DNA of 64,000 nucleotides from Nageia nagi (Eukaryota; Plantae; Pinophyta): NCBI GenBank assembly GCA_050084985.1, contig JBITNC010000001.1, positions 174,964,001 to 175,028,000 of the forward strand, read 5' to 3'. Shown piece by piece: positions 50,920 to 64,000 of this stretch (position 1 is its first letter; each line of letters starts with the position of its first letter). The notes under the pieces were generated by a model. It saw only the letters and a program-made list of their open reading frames with translations, ran no database searches and was not told where the DNA came from. The position numbers and the translations under genes were made by a program.

Positions 50920-53900
50920 TGTTAAAACCATAATCTTTATAGTATTTGTAAATATTAGAGTAGAATCGACATATATCGATTCTATAAATATTGTAACACT
51001 ATTGTTTTCCATTAATCAATTTGGAGTTTAAGATCATGCTTGTTATTGTTGCAGACTAGATCTAGCTAGAACTCATAGAATTCAAACCTAGATGTGATTG
51101 CTACTATTTTTTGCTCATGTTGGACTCCTTTTGCACTTGCTCAAAGACCTCTTTAGCCAACGTGTTGAATGCTCTTTTCTTAAATGTGAATGAAGACACC
51201 CTTTTGTTGTGGTCATTATCTACAAACATGGCGATGTGGCCTTGAAACTCTTGACCTACACCAAACATGGCTTACCATGGAATCAACTCTCACCTTCAGA
51301 CATGGGTCTTCTAAAGCTATTAACTCGAGTTGGTGCTTGGACAATGTGGGCTCCTCTCATTACTTGGCAATATTTTTGGTGAATTAAGGTGCATTAAATT
51401 ATTTCCAATAGAATATTAATCTTCAAAGAATTTTTTTTTTAAATATTTTATTAAAGAATATTTAAAATATTTATTAAGTTGGAGGGATAAGGTGTTAAGT
51501 TTATTTGGGGTCATTTAAATATTTTCTTGCAAATATTTAATTGAATCATTATTTCTAGAAGGTATAAGAGTATATAAAAAATATTTTAAATTTTTATATA
51601 TTTTAATTTCATATTAAAATATTTTTAGCTTTAAAATTTTGGAGTAACAAGGTAATTTTTAAAGCATTAAATATTATGATACAGTCAGACGAATGTCATG
51701 CAACACTTCTGTATCTTCTCAAAAATGAAATTCCTAGAGAATTTGATGAATACGTCTACGTGTATGGTCTTGATACCATTATTCAAAACCTCCAAAATTT
51801 TGTAATTAAGCACCAAATTGTACCTAAAATTAATTATGATATTGATTCTAAAGATAATGAGTACTTTGATAGTGCACCTCTTCCAAGTAATAGTAAGGAT
51901 ACAAATTACAAACCAGAGGAGATTGAAACAGACTAAGTTGTAGAATACATACTGATACCATAGGAACCTAAGCTCATTATCATAAATGATAGTAATGAGT
52001 ATACTTATATCATCACATTGGTTAATCAAAGTCTTGACCTTTCCTTTGAAGCATCTGAGTTAGATTTTAGCTTTTGGGTATCTACAACAAACTAGTTGAG
52101 CCATTTGTTCCTAAGGTCCTAATTGTTAATAGTGATAATGATCATGATAATTTTGATTATGAAGAAATCAATGAACCAATGGAAGTTGAACAAAATCTTC
52201 ATGAGAACCTCAACCACATGTGGATCAATTTAAACATGTAATCTTATTGTATTCCTCTTGTTTGTTTTTGTTGTACCAGAGCAAAGAATTTTTTTTCAAA
52301 CAAGAAAAATTGTTTTACTTTTTATACAAACATCTTTTGAAATATTATCAACTTTTAAGTGTACAATGCATTCCTTTGTTAGCATAATTGGGATCATTTT
52401 GATAAGGAAAACTAATTAATCAGAGTGGTATAGAAAAATTAAGAACACACTCATCTTCAATCACTTTTGGGATGGTGTATGTGATGGAACTACCGCACCC
52501 ACCAAACTGACTAATAATAAGGAGATCATGGTTTGGAATATGAATAATTACAAAGTGTATGTCTTGATAGCTACCTCCATTAGTGAAGAGGTCAACAAAC
52601 ATATCACATCAATTGATAATTCTTGGAATGGACTCAAAAAGCTACGAGAGTTATATGAATCTCATTCAAAGTTGGAATTAATTTAGATTCAAGTAAAGCT
52701 CTTCAACTTGCATTCACAAAACAATTATCCCATGAAACTAATTTATGAGATTATACTAATTATGATTGACATCAAAGCTACAAGTATTACCATAGACATT
52801 TCTCTTATAGCCTTAATCAAGGTCCTATATCCCACATACTCAATTTATCTTGAATCTTTGCTAGCAAGTGGTTAGTTAGGATCTCTCACCTTCAACATCT
52901 TATTGTAGAGGATTATGGATGTGCAAAATCCTTTGGAAATAAGAAAAATGAAACTACTTCAAACACTTTGGAACTTGGTCAATCATAGAAGAATACATTT
53001 CATAGTTCTTCTCGTGTAGAAAGTAATAACATAGGTCATGGTAGGTGAAATTTCTGAGGCATGGGGTAAAAATTGAAATGGTTGTGGTAACAAAAGTGAC
53101 CAGTCCCATATTTATTGCACTAGATATGAAAGAAAAGGCCATGAAGCTTCTATATGTCTATACCATGGGAGAAAATTATTGAAAAGAAAGAGCAAATGGT
53201 GATTAGAGTAAGAAATTTGTATCTTCTCATTTCACTATAGTGAAATACTAAATTTTTCATACACATCATGGTAAGATGAGTGGTTACTTGATATGGAAGC
53301 AACATGTCACATGACTTTCAAGAGGGATTTCTTTGAGAAATTGAATGGAGATATCGATGATGTAGTCTATTTTACAGACAAATCCAAAATTAAACCATCC
53401 AGAGTTGGTTCTATCAGGCTCAAAATATCAAGGTTTTTAGAGTTTATGCTTCAAAATATTCTTTATATTCCAAAATTATAGAGAAATTTACTTTCCCTTG
53501 TTCTAGTTTGAAAAAAGTACATTCCATCCATATGTTCAATGGTGAAGTGGAGATACAATGATCTTCTAACAACAAGGTCATTATGATTGGTATAGAGGAT
53601 GGAAAGCTATTAAAGCTCATTGAAACTTCTATTCAATCAAAGGATTTTGCATTCTTTGAACATCAAGAGAAAGGTACAATCCCCTTCAATCTTTTATGGA
53701 ATTCTATATTTGGGCACTTTAATTTTTATAACCTTCATGTATTAAAGAAATGAGGTTTTATAGGTTTCCTACAATCCCTAGGAATATTCCACCTTGTGAA
53801 TCCTATATCCTAGGAAAGCATCACGAGTAACCATTTTTGATTCCCAATGGAGAGCAGATAGAAAATTTGAAGTAGTTCATTCCAATTTGTGTGGTTCATT

Positions 53901-56900
53901 TTCCATTCCTTTTGTAGCTAGCAATAAATATCTTATGACCTTCATCGATGATTACTCTAGGATGTCTTGGGTTTATTTTTTAAAAACATAATTCTAAAGA
54001 TTTTCACAAGTTTAAAGAGTTTCATATTAGTATTGAAAATCAAGCCCGCATACCTATAGGTATTATTTATTTTGATAAAGGGGGGAATATACTCCAAATA
54101 AATTCAAATCTTAATTGCATCAATATGAGATCAAACATCAAAATATTGATTCTTATAACCCACAACAAAATATTGTTACAGAAATATTGAATAGAACACT
54201 CTTGAATATGGTCCATGCAATGATATTCTTCAGGAATTTTAAGTTAATGTTTTGGGGTGATGCAATTTAGTGTGCTATTTATTTGATAAACAAACATACT
54301 TATCATGCTCTGAAGGATAAGATTCTATTTGAAATGTGATTTAGTTCGTATTCCTTCGATAAGTCATCTTAGGTTTTTTGGTTCCTCCTATTATGTACTT
54401 ATTCCTAAGGAAGCTTGGAGCTCAGAGTCAAAAGTGTATTTTCTTGGGATATTTGGACACTACTAAGGGATATAAGCTTTATGATGAAATAAATAAGAAG
54501 TTTCTATTTTCTAGAGACATCATCTTTCTTGAATTTTCCAAGACTAACAATGTTGTTGAGCAGTAACTTGATCACCTTGATCAATTTACCTATGGAAAGC
54601 ACTATTTTAAAGATGATTATGACATTATAAATATTGAGGGTGGAATTAATATCTTGGATCAAAATTTGGAATTTTTACCACTTATTTTGTGAAGAACAAG
54701 CACCAAAAGTACCCCCTCCAATAGTTTTTCTAGTTCTTCAGTGTTAATGAAGAATTAAAATAACATATACAATTATAAGTATATGGAGTAAATCAGATTG
54801 GCCTTGGCCTTTCTTATATTATGAATTCTAGAAATAATCCAATAGAGTCTCAGTACAATAGTCAATCAAGCTCTTTAGAGCTCACACACAACAAAACTAC
54901 AAAAGAGATTATGAGAAAAAACCAAAAAAACTAGCTTAAGTACACAACACCAAACTAAACAAAGCAAGCCCTAACCCTAGCTCATCTCATCCATTGGGTA
55001 TACATAAATGGTAGTTATTACATCCACTAAACTAAGAAGAAAACTACTAAAAATAGCATGGGAAATATGTCTCCGTATTTTAGCCATAACTTTTGACTTG
55101 GGTATCCGTTTGAGCTTGTTATTTTTTCAGATTTCGTAAAATTTGGAACTCTACAATTTTCCTACATAGTACTTGTGTTAAATGTTATCAAAGGGTAAAA
55201 ACATCATCTTATAGCCCAAAATTTTGTTTCAATGTTAGGCCATATTTCCAACATTCGCCCCCTTGCTAGTAAGGAGACTCATAATCAGGTCCCTTAGTAG
55301 CAAATATTGAGTCCTTGCTACTCCCTTCATGAAGATATATCCTACTTGATCTTGTATGGAGCAATAAATTATTTTTACATGTTCCTGCTCCACCATGTCC
55401 CAAATGAAGTGATACTTGATGTAAAAATGCTTGGACCTTGAATGGTGGATAGGATTATGCACCATCTTTATGGCACTCTAGTTGTCACAAAATAACATAG
55501 TAGAAGTCCCTTGCTTCTTCCCAATCTCTGTTAGCACTTTCTTAAGCCATAAAGCCTATGCACTTGCTGATGTTAGTGCAATATATTTAGCTTTTGTAGA
55601 AGATAATGCAATTGTGGCCTGCTTCTTAAGACTCCATGTAATCAATCTTGATCTCAAGGAGAAGCATTATCCACTTGTGGAATTTATGTCATCTATATTA
55701 CTTCCCTAATCACTCTCACTAAAACCCACTAGCTTCAGCTACTTTTCCTAGTTGTACTGGATTCCATAATCAAAGGTTCCTCCTACATATCTTAGTATCC
55801 TCTTTGTCACCTTCAGGTGCAATTGTGATGGATATGCCATGTACCTGGAACATTGAGAAACAACAAAACAAATATCTAGCCTAATGTTACATAAAAACAT
55901 TAGGCTACCTATTATACATCTAAACTCCATTTTGTTTGTCTTATTTGCTCCATCATATAAACTCAACACTTCTCCATTTGCTATTGGATTTTCTATAGGT
56001 TTACTCTTATTCAACCCAAACCTTTTCAACATATCTCTAGCATACTTTGATTGAAACACAAAGATTTTACTGCTATACTGATATACCTCCATTCCTAGGA
56101 AATAACTCATTAAGCCTAATGCACTCATATCAAGTTCTTTCTTCATATTCTCCTTAAATGTATTAATCAAATATGAACTACTTCCCATACAAAGCATATC
56201 ATCAACATAAAGATAAATAATCAAAATATTGTTACTTGACCTCTTGTAATACAAAGTAAGTTCACTTTTTCTCTACTCAAAACCACACTATAAGAAGTAA
56301 TCATGTATTTTGGAGTACCAGGCTCTTAGGGCCTACGTTAACCCATATAAAGATTTGCTCAACCTATATACTTTATCTTGTTCTTTTGGGATAACAAATC
56401 CCTATGTCTATTCCACATAAACCTTCTCATTTAAATAGCCATTCAGAAAGGCACTTTTAACATTGATATGATGGACTTTCCACTGCTTGCGTGTTACCAA
56501 TGATATCAACATATGAATTGTATCTTGCCTTACCACTAGATCAAAGGTCTCCTCACAGTCCAACCCATACTTCTAAATGAAGCCTTTCACAACCAGCCAT
56601 GCCTTATACCTATCAACTAATCCATCACTATTTTTCTTTATTTTGTAGACCCATTTACAACCTACAACCTTCCTGTCCTTGGGAAAATCCACCAACTCCC
56701 AAGTATTATTCTTCTCAATGCTATCCATCTCTTCTTGCATTGCCTTCAACAAAATTTATTAGTACATGCTTTTTCAAAATTTGAAGGCTTTATAGCATTT
56801 ACAGGAAGTTTTGAAACATTATTAACTATAGAAATCAATTCATAATTGACAACATCACCTTTTATCTCACTATTATCATCATCTCCATATAGGTGTAACT

Positions 56901-59900
56901 TCTCCAACCTCTCAATCACAAAGTTCAACTTTGTAGTTGCACTTATATTCAACATCTTATTGAAGTTTTTATTAAGTATTAGATCCTTAGGGTGGTCCTT
57001 CAATAACCTTTTTCCTTTACCTTTTGATGGTGGTGATGGTAGAGACTCAGGAGTACCTCTTTCTGGACTTACAGAAGAGCTTGAAGAGGATGTACTCCCC
57101 CTTTATACTTGGCTAGGTTGTAATGAAACACTTCCTATTTCTACCTTGTCCTTACCAAAAACATCACCAAAAATATCATCTATAGATAATTTTTGAGAAC
57201 TAGAACTCCAACTCCCCCCTTCGTCCAAAATTGCATCTCTAGATGTAATAATTCTATGAGTAATATGATTATAAAATTTGTAAGCCTTGGAAAGCTCACT
57301 GTAGCCAATAAACACACACTTCTTAGACTTTGCATCTAATTTTCTCCTATTCTCATCATTTATGTGGACAAAATCCAAGCATCCAAACAACTTAAAATGA
57401 TTGACATTAGGCTTTTTTCCATACCAATAGTCATAAGGGATTACATTATCTAAACTTTTGGAAGGAGACCTATTCAAAATATAATTTGTTATATGAGTAG
57501 CCATAGCCCAATAAAACTTTTCCATACCTTTCTTTTGCATCGTATATCAAGCCATCTCCACCAACATTTTATTTTTCCTCTCGAATACTCCATTTTGCTA
57601 TGGAGTGTATGGACTGGTCAACTGACTCTTTAACCTATATTCATTATAAAAATTTTGAAACTCATTTTAATAATATTCACCACCCTTATCATTCCTCAAG
57701 CATTTAATATATGTACCACACTCATTCTCAACCAGGGTCTTAAACCTTTTAAAAAAGGAAAAAGCTTCATCCTTCTTTTTAATAAAAAAGACCCAACAAT
57801 ATCTAGAGTAATCATCTATGAAGGTAATAAAGTATGATGTCTGACCCATACTCTGCACCTGCATTGGACCATAAATATCATTATGTACTAGTTACAATGG
57901 ATATTTGGTCCTCCATGCTTCACCCTATGGGAACTTTCCTCTAGCATATTTTCCTAATGCACAACCCTCAAAAATCTCCTTAAAGACTTCCACTTTCGAA
58001 AAACCATAAACAAACGGTGAAAGCATACTTAAACACTTATAATTTAAGTACCCAAACCTTAAATGCCATAACCTCTCCTTACCTTCTACTCCAAAAAATG
58101 CCATCTCTCTCCCTTAATCAACAAACCACAAAGCGAAGAATCTATTCTTTGATATCTTGAGAGTGGTTAACAACTTCTTTTATAAAAAATCTTACACATC
58201 CTATCTTTAAAAATAAGCTTATAATACTTTTTTAACGTATGACCTATGCTTAGCAAATAATGTTTCAGATGGGGTGTATAGTAAATATCCTTTACTTTCA
58301 TCTTGCCTTTCCTTGTAGGAACCTCCATCTTGACTTTTGCTACAACCTTAAAATGCTTCTCATCTTCCAACCTGATACTGGATTGGTAGGAAGAATCAAC
58401 TATAGAGAAAACATCTTTTCTCTTGGTCATATGGTTTATGCACCCACTATATAGGATCCACTCTAATGAAAATTTTTGTGCAGAGAGGAGATCTTGATTT
58501 GCTAGAGGTTCTTCAATCATACAAAATACCTCATACCCATAATCCTTCTCACCATAAGGAGCTAACATTGGATTCTCCTCTTATTGTATGAGATTGTTCA
58601 TAATCTTCATCCTGAGATTAAGATCTTCTTCGACCTCTACCTCCTCTTTGACCTCCTCTACCATTGTGACCTCTACCTCTAAAGCCACAAATACCATGAC
58701 CTCGTACAGATCCCTCATCTCCTTATGTAGAAAATGATTGTTCCTCTAAAGGAATACTTCATCTGGATTTATCTTTCTTTCTCTTGGTAACTCTCTCCTC
58801 ATGGGATGTAAGAGTACCGATGAGCGAATCCAGGTCCATATTTGACAAATCTCTGGTCTCCTCTATGATCAAGGCTGCACTATCAAATTTTTTCATAAGG
58901 GTCTGAAGAACCTTCTTGATAATCACCTCTTGCTCAATATTTTTTCCTAATGTTGCCATTTTTTTAACCATAGATTTTAGATAGACATAGTAATCTTCTA
59001 ACATTTCATTCTCCTCTTGCTTCAGGTTCTCAAAATCTCAATGCAGGGTATGCAACTTCACCTCCTTGACTTGTGCACTCCCTTGGTAGTTTTCTTTTAG
59101 TACCTTCCAAGATTCTTGAGTCAAGGCACATGCAAAAATTTGGGGAAAGAGGCTCTCAGATAGGGTTGACTGGATCAGGGCCAATGGTAAGTTGTTCTTC
59201 ATATATTTATATTCCATCTCCTTTTGATCCACAGATAATGCATTATAGTCTTTTGGCTCACTATATCCATCTTCTACAATCTTCCAAAAACCTTTGCATT
59301 TCAAAATAGTTCTTGTTATGATGCTCCTATACTCTAGTTGGATCCATCAATTTTAGGGGTCAAAATGAAATTGCTATTGCTGGCTATTTTACTCTTCTAC
59401 AATAGGAACTGTGACCTTCAGGAAAACTTTGATAAAGTTTATCATTGACAAATCTCACAATTTCTCAAACCCAACTATCGATCGCCCTAGCTATGATACC
59501 AAATGAAGAATTAAAATAACATACATAATTCCAAGTATATGTAGTAAATCAAATTGGCCTTGGCCTTGGCCTTTATTATATTTTGAATTCTAGAAACAAT
59601 CCAACAGTCTTTGTACAATATTCAAACCAGCTCTCTAAATCCCACACACAACAAAACTACAAAAGAGATTATGAGAAAAAACTTAAAAAAATAGCTTAAG
59701 TACATAATACTAAACTAACTAAAGCAATCCCTAACACTAGCTCATCTCATCATTTGGATATACATCAATGGTAGTTATTACATGCACTAAACTAAGAAGA
59801 AAACTACTAAAAATAGCATGGGAAATGTCTCTGTATTTTGGCCATAAATTTTAACTTGGGTGCCCATTTTAGCCTATTCTTTTTCTAGATTTTGTAGAAT

Positions 59901-61760
59901 TTGAATCTTTATGATTTTTCTATGTCTTACTTAAGTAAAATATTATCAAATACTAAAAACATCATCTTATAGCTTGAAATTTCATTTTAATGTTAGGCCA
60001 TATTTCCAATAGTCAGTACCTGAGAGTCAATTGGATGAAGTGATTGAAGGGATTGGTTAGTTGAGTCTTGATGGAAGTGAAGCTCCACCTAATACTAGTG
60101 ATCAACCAAAACCATCATAGAAGATTCCAAAGTGGGCCTTGAGAATACTTGAAAGTGTACATCCTAAAGAAATGGGGAAGATAAGAACTCGAATTTCCTA
60201 CCAAACATCCTACCGAACAAGACAAGAAAGTGGAGCAGTAGAATATTCAATTTCAGGTGATGAAAATAATGATGATATTTTTGATAATGATTTGATAATG
60301 ATGATATTCAATTCTCCTATAGCCAAATGGGCTACCATTCATTCTTTGTTGGTTATGGCTGCTCAACATGTGTGGAAGGTTCATCATATGGATGTAAAAA
60401 TAACTTTATTTAATGGTGATATGAAAAATTAAAATTTACATGACACATCCAGAGGTATTTGTAGTTAAGGGTAATTAGCATAAGGCATGCAAGCTTATCA
60501 AGTCTTTGTATAGTTTGAAGAAAGCTCATCGCACATGGTTTGAAAAGTTTATTGAATATCTTTTGAAATTAAATTTTAAGCACTATGACCTTGATGATGC
60601 AACACTATTTTTTAAGAAATTTGGTAACACTATTGTATATCTTATGGTGTATGTAGATGATCTCTTGATAATAGGGAACAATGAGAGATATAGAGCATTT
60701 GTGAAACAAGAGTTAAAGAAAGGATTTGAAATCATAAATATGGACCTTTTTCACTACTACTTGGGTGTTGAAGTAAGTCAAAAACCAAGGTACATTTTTA
60801 TTTCCAAAAAGAAATTACATTGGATATTTGTTGAATAGAGTTGGTATGGAAGATTGCAATCCCCTCTCTATTCCAATGGAACAAAACTTGAAGTTGAAAT
60901 TAGTTTGAGGATGCTACTAAATTAAGTCAATTAATAGGAAGTCTAATTTATCTAACCACTACCAAACCAAACATTTCATTCATGATGGTAATTCTTTCTC
61001 GATTCATGCACTCACCTTGTGAAGGCCATTAGCTAGCAATGAAGAGAGTTCTTTGATACTTGAAGGGAACTCAATATTTTAAGTTGAAATATTTCAAGAT
61101 AAGAGATTTAAACTTAGCTAGGTATTTTGATTCAATTTTTTTTGATGATAAGTAGATGGGGTTTCAACTTCAAGATATCTTATGAGTCTTGAATTAATAG
61201 TTATTTCTTGGAGATCATAAAAATAATTAGTTTTGGAAGATTCCACTATAGAGGAAACAAACAAAATTGTGTGAATTGGGAAAATACTAGAAGATTTGTA
61301 GGAGAAACAAATGCTCTTCACTCGACATTTAATTGATAATACTTATGCAATTAAATTGGCCAAGAATTAAAAGTTTCATGATCAAACAAGGCATGCCAAT
61401 ACGAAGTATCATTTGATCCGACATCATGTATAGGTCAAGATAATTTGGGCAAAAATATTATTCCATTGAAGAATAAATCACACACATCTTCACCAAGGCA
61501 CTTGGAAGAGTGAAGTTCAAGAAGTTTAGAATGATGCTCGAACTTACTAATACCCCTTCATATTAAGGGGGGATGTTGAAACCATAATCTTTATAGTATT
61601 TGTAAATATTAGAGAAAAATCAATATGTATCGATTCTAGGCTAATTAGTTAGTTAGTTGTTACATTTTAGGTAGTTTGTTACTTAACCACTTTTGTGGTT
61701 CTATAAATATTGTAACACTATTATTTCCCATTAATCAATTTGGAGTTTTAAGATCATGCC
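50920..61760 (+). mobile_element. Decayed Ty1/copia element; 3' LTR truncated; carries a nested copia
   Basis: LTR starts TGTT(A/G)AAACCATAATCTTTATAG at 50920 and 61574; PPT TAAGGGGGGA; WLLDMEATCHMT, VHSNLCG, FIDDYSRMSWVYF, VHHMDVK, MVYVDDLLI. Confidence 0.9.
54748..60011 (-). mobile_element. Full-length but decayed Ty1/copia element (5264 bp), opposite orientation to its host
   Basis: Diverged LTRs 54748-55253 and 59504-60011; Met PBS TGGTATCATAGC (minus, ~59490-59501); PPT AAGGGGGCGAA; degenerate TSD GTTAA/GTCAG; gag, WILYSGCINHMT, FIDDYSRYCW, LYVDDML, HSRSKHF. Confidence 0.95.
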
Positions 61761-62249
61761 TATAATGAGTAATGGTTTCTTCTTAGGGACCATACTCCTA
61801 AGAAGTGGTACACACATCCCTTCATTTACATGCAACCCTGCAAATGAACTTAGTGTATTACATTAGTGGATCAAACCCTTATCACTGAACCATGATAAAA
61901 CTCTAACATAAATATCTCTCCTTGATATTGATTGGTTATCTCTTGCTTGCCCATAGCTCTTGTGAGAGGCCACCACTTAACCTGTGGTATCCACCTTTCC
62001 CATATCTCTCATGAAATACCCCCATGCCAAGAATAACTTGATTGTGATTCTCTAGAATAGGTGTGTTAGGTTTGTTGATCCTAGATAGATCTAGTCTTAA
62101 ATACTTTGCTATAAGGTTTCTATAAAAACATTTTTAAATAATCAAACATAAAATCAAAATTTAATATTTTCCAATATCATAAATTTCAAAAAATCTTAGC
62201 AAATAAGAAATAAAAGTTTCTAAATCATTGCAAAATAAGAAATTGGTCC

Positions 62250-64000
62250 ACTTAGCAAAGCATGAATCACAATCAACTTGATTCTTAGATTCAACTTCAA
62301 GCAATGTTTCAATTTAAACATAAATCATGATCATCTTGATCCTTCAATTTATGTTGAAATAATGTTCATGAAAAGTACTATCCAACAATAGCATACTTCC
62401 CATGCTTATGTGGAATTCTTGTCTTTAGAGGGGTTATCAAGTCATTCTTGACAACATCATGTTTTATCATACCTTGATAAAAATAATAGAAACCTTTTCA
62501 TCAAGATCAAACTTAAGCCAAAGCATTCTAGCAATACAATTAGATACCAATATCACTTAACAATCACATATCAATATTGATGACAAATACGTTCTAAGAT
62601 CAATATTTTTACTTGTTCTTTAATTAATACCATACATGGTTTTACAAGCATCATCAATTAGTTCTCTTAGGAAGAGATACTATTTCATTTTCTTATCATC
62701 GCTTAGTACTTTATTGTACAATTATTCTAAGAGCATGACTCTATTTTATTTTACGAAAACTTTAATATCTATAAGCACACTTTACTTTATCTTATTTTCT
62801 AGATATTGCTAGCAAAATCAATTTAAATATTCAATTAATTATTTAAATGTCTAGCAAATACTAAATCTAGATCATGTTCAACTTGTTCTACATTTCTAGA
62901 TCTACATAACAAAAGGTCATATTAAACATTTATTGAATATTTGAAAGAAAATTTCAAATTATATTAAATATTATATATTTTAATATATAATATAATATAA
63001 TTTCCATACACTTTTAAATATAATTAAATAGTCATTAAATATTTAATTAATTAGATACAAGAGGAATTGGTTACATCGCTTTTATTTTCTACTATTGGTT
63101 CATGGTTTGAATCTTTATGGAATCCATTATAACCTCCCCTAGTGTTGGTAAATGTTAACGTGAAGTGATGTGGAACCCCATGTGGTAGGATTTGTGTCAA
63201 ATGTCACATCAGTTAATGGACTCTAGTTCACACCTAGTCTCCTCACTAACTCGATCATAGATTCGAACCCTTGACCTCTGCACAGTGAATGCTAGAACTT
63301 CACTACTCCGCCAAGCCCCTACAACCTAATTAGATACAATTTTCTTTATTTGTTCCAATATTTAAACATACAACTTATTTTAAAATAATCCTAGAAAATC
63401 TATATTTTTATGACATTCTTTATATTTTACATATATTCTCATGTGCTCTAATATTTCCAAATAAACTTATTCTTAAATATTAGAATGAAATCTATTATAT
63501 CTATGAATAATAACTTGATAAATCCCAAATTTTATAATTATCATCATATTTATAATTATAAAACTTCAATGATCAAATTTTATAATTAAAGTTATACATT
63601 AGTATTAAAACAATTATTAAATAATGTTTGCTTTATTCTCTAGAAACATATTTTAATCTTATTTTCTATTTCTAAATAATCATAACAAAAATTATATTAA
63701 AATGTTCAATAAAATTAAAACATTAAACATTTACTAATTGTTATTTTCTCTCTATTATATAGAAATCTTTTTTAACTTATATAGTTTTCTAGATAATCTT
63801 AGCAACAAATAAATCAAACATTCATTAAATCTTTAATTTAATTGAATAATATCAAATTTATTGTCATAATTATACTACTTTATAACTACAAAGTTCCACT
63901 TACTAATTTATACTTGAACTTATTCTTATAATTATAATTATTAGAATTCATATATTTAAATATTAATTTTCTCATTTATTCTAATTTTTTAAAATACATC
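62250..64000. repeat. AT-rich duplicated segment, copy 2
   Basis: Colinear with 30350-31376 + 43523-43780 + 45660 onward. Confidence 0.92.
63061..63326 (-). mobile_element. tRNA-derived SINE (266 bp)
   Basis: 13-bp TSD TAATTAGATACAA (63048-60, 63327-39); minus-strand A-box TGGCGGAGTAG (63303-63313) and B-box GGTTCGAATCT (63259-63269); absent from the paralogous site ~31140-31155. Confidence 0.9.

Noticed and set aside
63255-63326. tRNA gene
   Set aside because: A and B boxes present, but I could not fold a cloverleaf, and it is part of a TSD-flanked insert, so SINE head

Overview
Plant nuclear DNA, AT-rich and most likely from a large gymnosperm-type genome (inference from element types). 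The window is almost entirely nested transposons, and no intact host gene, rRNA, tRNA or CRISPR array is supportable. Left to right: (1) a large element fragment (~2.4-11.2 kb) with a decayed accessory ORF and upstream tandem repeats; (2) a LINE RT fragment followed by a Tat/Ogre-like gypsy element, itself cut by a SIRE-like copia that carries a 2.6-kb gag-only chromovirus derivative with identical LTRs; (3) an AT-rich segment present twice, whose left copy holds a gag-only Tat-like element with a younger 8160-bp relative nested inside; (4) LINE ORF1 debris and a decayed gypsy pol holding a copia within a copia; (5) a tRNA-derived SINE. The standout is the 8160-bp element (34413-42572). It has 899-bp LTRs, a perfect TSD, a tRNA-Trp PBS and gag but no pol. 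In place of pol it carries an antisense, three-exon, ~597-aa Plant Mobile Domain/acidic/coiled-coil gene with its own TATA box, next to a higher-order tandem-repeat array. All alignments and counts were done by eye.
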